From: Antedon mediterranea
Taxonomy: Eukaryota; Animalia; Echinodermata
Assembly: GCF_964355755.1 (NCBI RefSeq)
Contig: NC_092675.1
Coordinates: forward strand, 15,534,912-15,598,911
Length of the DNA stretch: 64,000 bases
Reading direction: 5' to 3'
Of this stretch, positions 61,984-64,000 are shown in pieces. The stretch's first letter is position 1. Every line of letters begins with the position of its first letter. The position numbers and the translations under genes were made by a program. The notes below the pieces were generated by a model. That model was not told where the DNA came from. It did no database searches and saw only the letters and a program-made list of their open reading frames with translations.

Positions 61984-63866
61984 GTAAATAAATACAAATA
62001 AAATATTTCACTGAATTACTGTATTGATTGGTACAAGATAAAGATAAATTAAAACTACATTTAATTCGTCACTATGACGAATTATAGCTTATATGTATTG
62101 ATTTAAATAAAAATAATTGATTTTTAAAATATATATTGTTTAATTGATTTTGTCAGAATCTTTAATTATTTATAATATATGAAGATCGGATTTTGCTAAT
62201 GCAAATACAGTAGCCGGTATCACAATCTGATCAAAGATCCCTCCGCGTATGTCATAAATCACCCTTGTTACATAATAATAAAGATATAGGTTACTTTTTT
62301 TTACTTTTTTATTCCATGGGTATATTAATCTATTCACTAAGAAATAAAATTGAATGAACAATACAGATATAAATAAAAAATCTTATTTTGTTTTGTCTTC
62401 CAAGGTGAGACTCGATCTCGGTACCTTGAATACTATAGACGTGAGCACAGACCACAGAGTCATATAAAATTGATTAAAAGTTGAAGGATTACTTCGTGTA
62501 TTTACTATGTCAAAGTATATAATTTTAACTTCAATATATAAACATTTTAAAGAAGTTAAAAAAGGTTAAGTTATTTCAGTCCAAGAAAATGTCACTCATA
62601 GTTTGTTTGATTGTCGAAATTAATTTGTTTAAATTCAATATGCAATTGATGATGATGTAATCAACTTGTTTTCTCTTGATTTTATAATAAATCATACATA
62701 CATCACTTCAAGAAAATAAATGAAAGATAGTGTCTATATTAATTTTAAAATGTAGCATATTTTCACCATTTTTTTAACTTACACGTGCATAGCCTAATTA
62801 CCACTTGGTTTCAAGTTGAAAAGTTAATAAAATATGATGAAATTGCTAAAGAAAGGTTGTAAAACAGAAATCAGGCAAAAGAGTATGCATTACAGTTTAA
62901 CGTGCAGTGCGCAAGCAAAATTCTGCGCACTCATGGCAATTTGCCTGAAACGTACTCTAATTTCATCGAAAATAAATTGACAATTTTGAAAAGTGTAAGC
63001 GCGCATACGCATGCGTTATATGCATTACGCACATATTTGTATTGTCATATGATGAAATATGACCTGAAATTTATGAGTACCAAATTTGGTTTAATTATGA
63101 TACATGCTTGCGAAGATATGATTACAAACGTGATTTTTTATTGCACATCAAGAAAACATAACCCCATCGATTGCTGTCGATAAGGAATATACTCTGGAAA
63201 AATTGACTTGGCTAGATGAAACAGATATCAAGATAATTGACGGACAAAATAATGCTAAGGAAACAATAAACGTATAAAGATTCTGACAAAATCAATAAGG
63301 TTAATATTATATAATGTTAATGCATATAACCTAATAAATGATAACCAAACAAGAAAAATATACACATAGTTACCAACCGTCTTGCATTTAGCAGGACGTT
63401 CCACGTTTCAAAGTGATTTTTAATGAAACACGCATTTTGATCAACTGCATGAGTGACCACATCTCGCATTTAGCAGAATTATATGCATGATCATTTTTTA
63501 TAACAATTTGAGAGGAAAATGCATTCAAATTGATTGGTATATTTTAAAAGTATACAACATTATGTGAGTATTCATATTATAACACCACACATATCAACAA
63601 AAATACTAATAATTAATTTTTCCGCGGTCACTCGTTGGGACGAATGATGGGCCAATAGTCATGATGTTGTGTGCTTTTATAAAAGGGGCAACTTATATAC
63701 CAATCAATGCAATACAAAGTTATGAGGTTACTGTAGCTCTGATAAAACTAAACACAATTGTTTCAGACATTCACTGTATTTATCATGGTCTACATAGTAA
63801 AAAAGAAAAAAACAACATTATAATACATTGCAATTACTATTTCAGATATATTATTTTTATTTTCAG

Positions 63867-63953
63867 ATGGTTGCAACAATAGTTTTATTGTTCATTGCGA
63901 AATGTGCGAATATTGTGACTTACCCAGATTTGTCAAGACAGATTCCAAAAAAG
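63867..63953 (+). CDS. SLC35D: SLC35D-family transporter coding exon 3
   Basis: ttttcag/MVATIVLLFIAKCANIVTYPDLSRQIPKK/gtatat matches MAATIMIL...IIHFPDFD..IP.K. Confidence 0.88.
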
Positions 63954-64000
63954 GTATATTTCCCCATCATTCAAAATTTTATCTATCCACTTAAATAACT

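Overview
AT-rich, transposon-saturated eukaryotic DNA from an invertebrate metazoan (an echinoderm-like deuterostome is plausible but not provable from this window). Two intron-split host genes lie head-to-head. A SETD9-like SET-domain gene is on the minus strand (coding exons 27043-27125, 16526-16623, 6564-6707; further exons not found in the window). An SLC35D-family nucleotide-sugar transporter is on the plus strand (39629-39753, 61950-61983, 63867-63953; continues beyond the window). Almost everything else is nested mobile DNA, much of it with TIRs and target-site duplications (TSDs) readable by eye. This includes a near-intact 7-exon hAT transposon with a 5-bp TSD inside a piggyBac-type MITE, an ISL2EU-type element disrupted by a Ginger-type MITE, a degenerate BEL/Pao LTR element, a near full-length CR1-group LINE, Penelope RT fragments, Gypsy/RTE/L2 relics, MULE/P/Academ/Kolobok/TcMar-type MITEs, SINEs and satellites. 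Three signals stand out: (1) a 368-bp (TA)n-associated mobile unit carrying a complete internal tRNA-like gene with an ATC anticodon and its own Pol III terminator, physically joined to Penelope RT; (2) TA-GGCC-TA/TA-GCC-TA/TA-CAG-TA micro-insertions that look like excision footprints and pile up beside the two first coding exons; (3) a same-strand intronic transposase whose splice phases are compatible with SETD9 exons. All coordinates were read manually and superfamily names are inferred from termini, TSD length and protein motifs, not from database searches.
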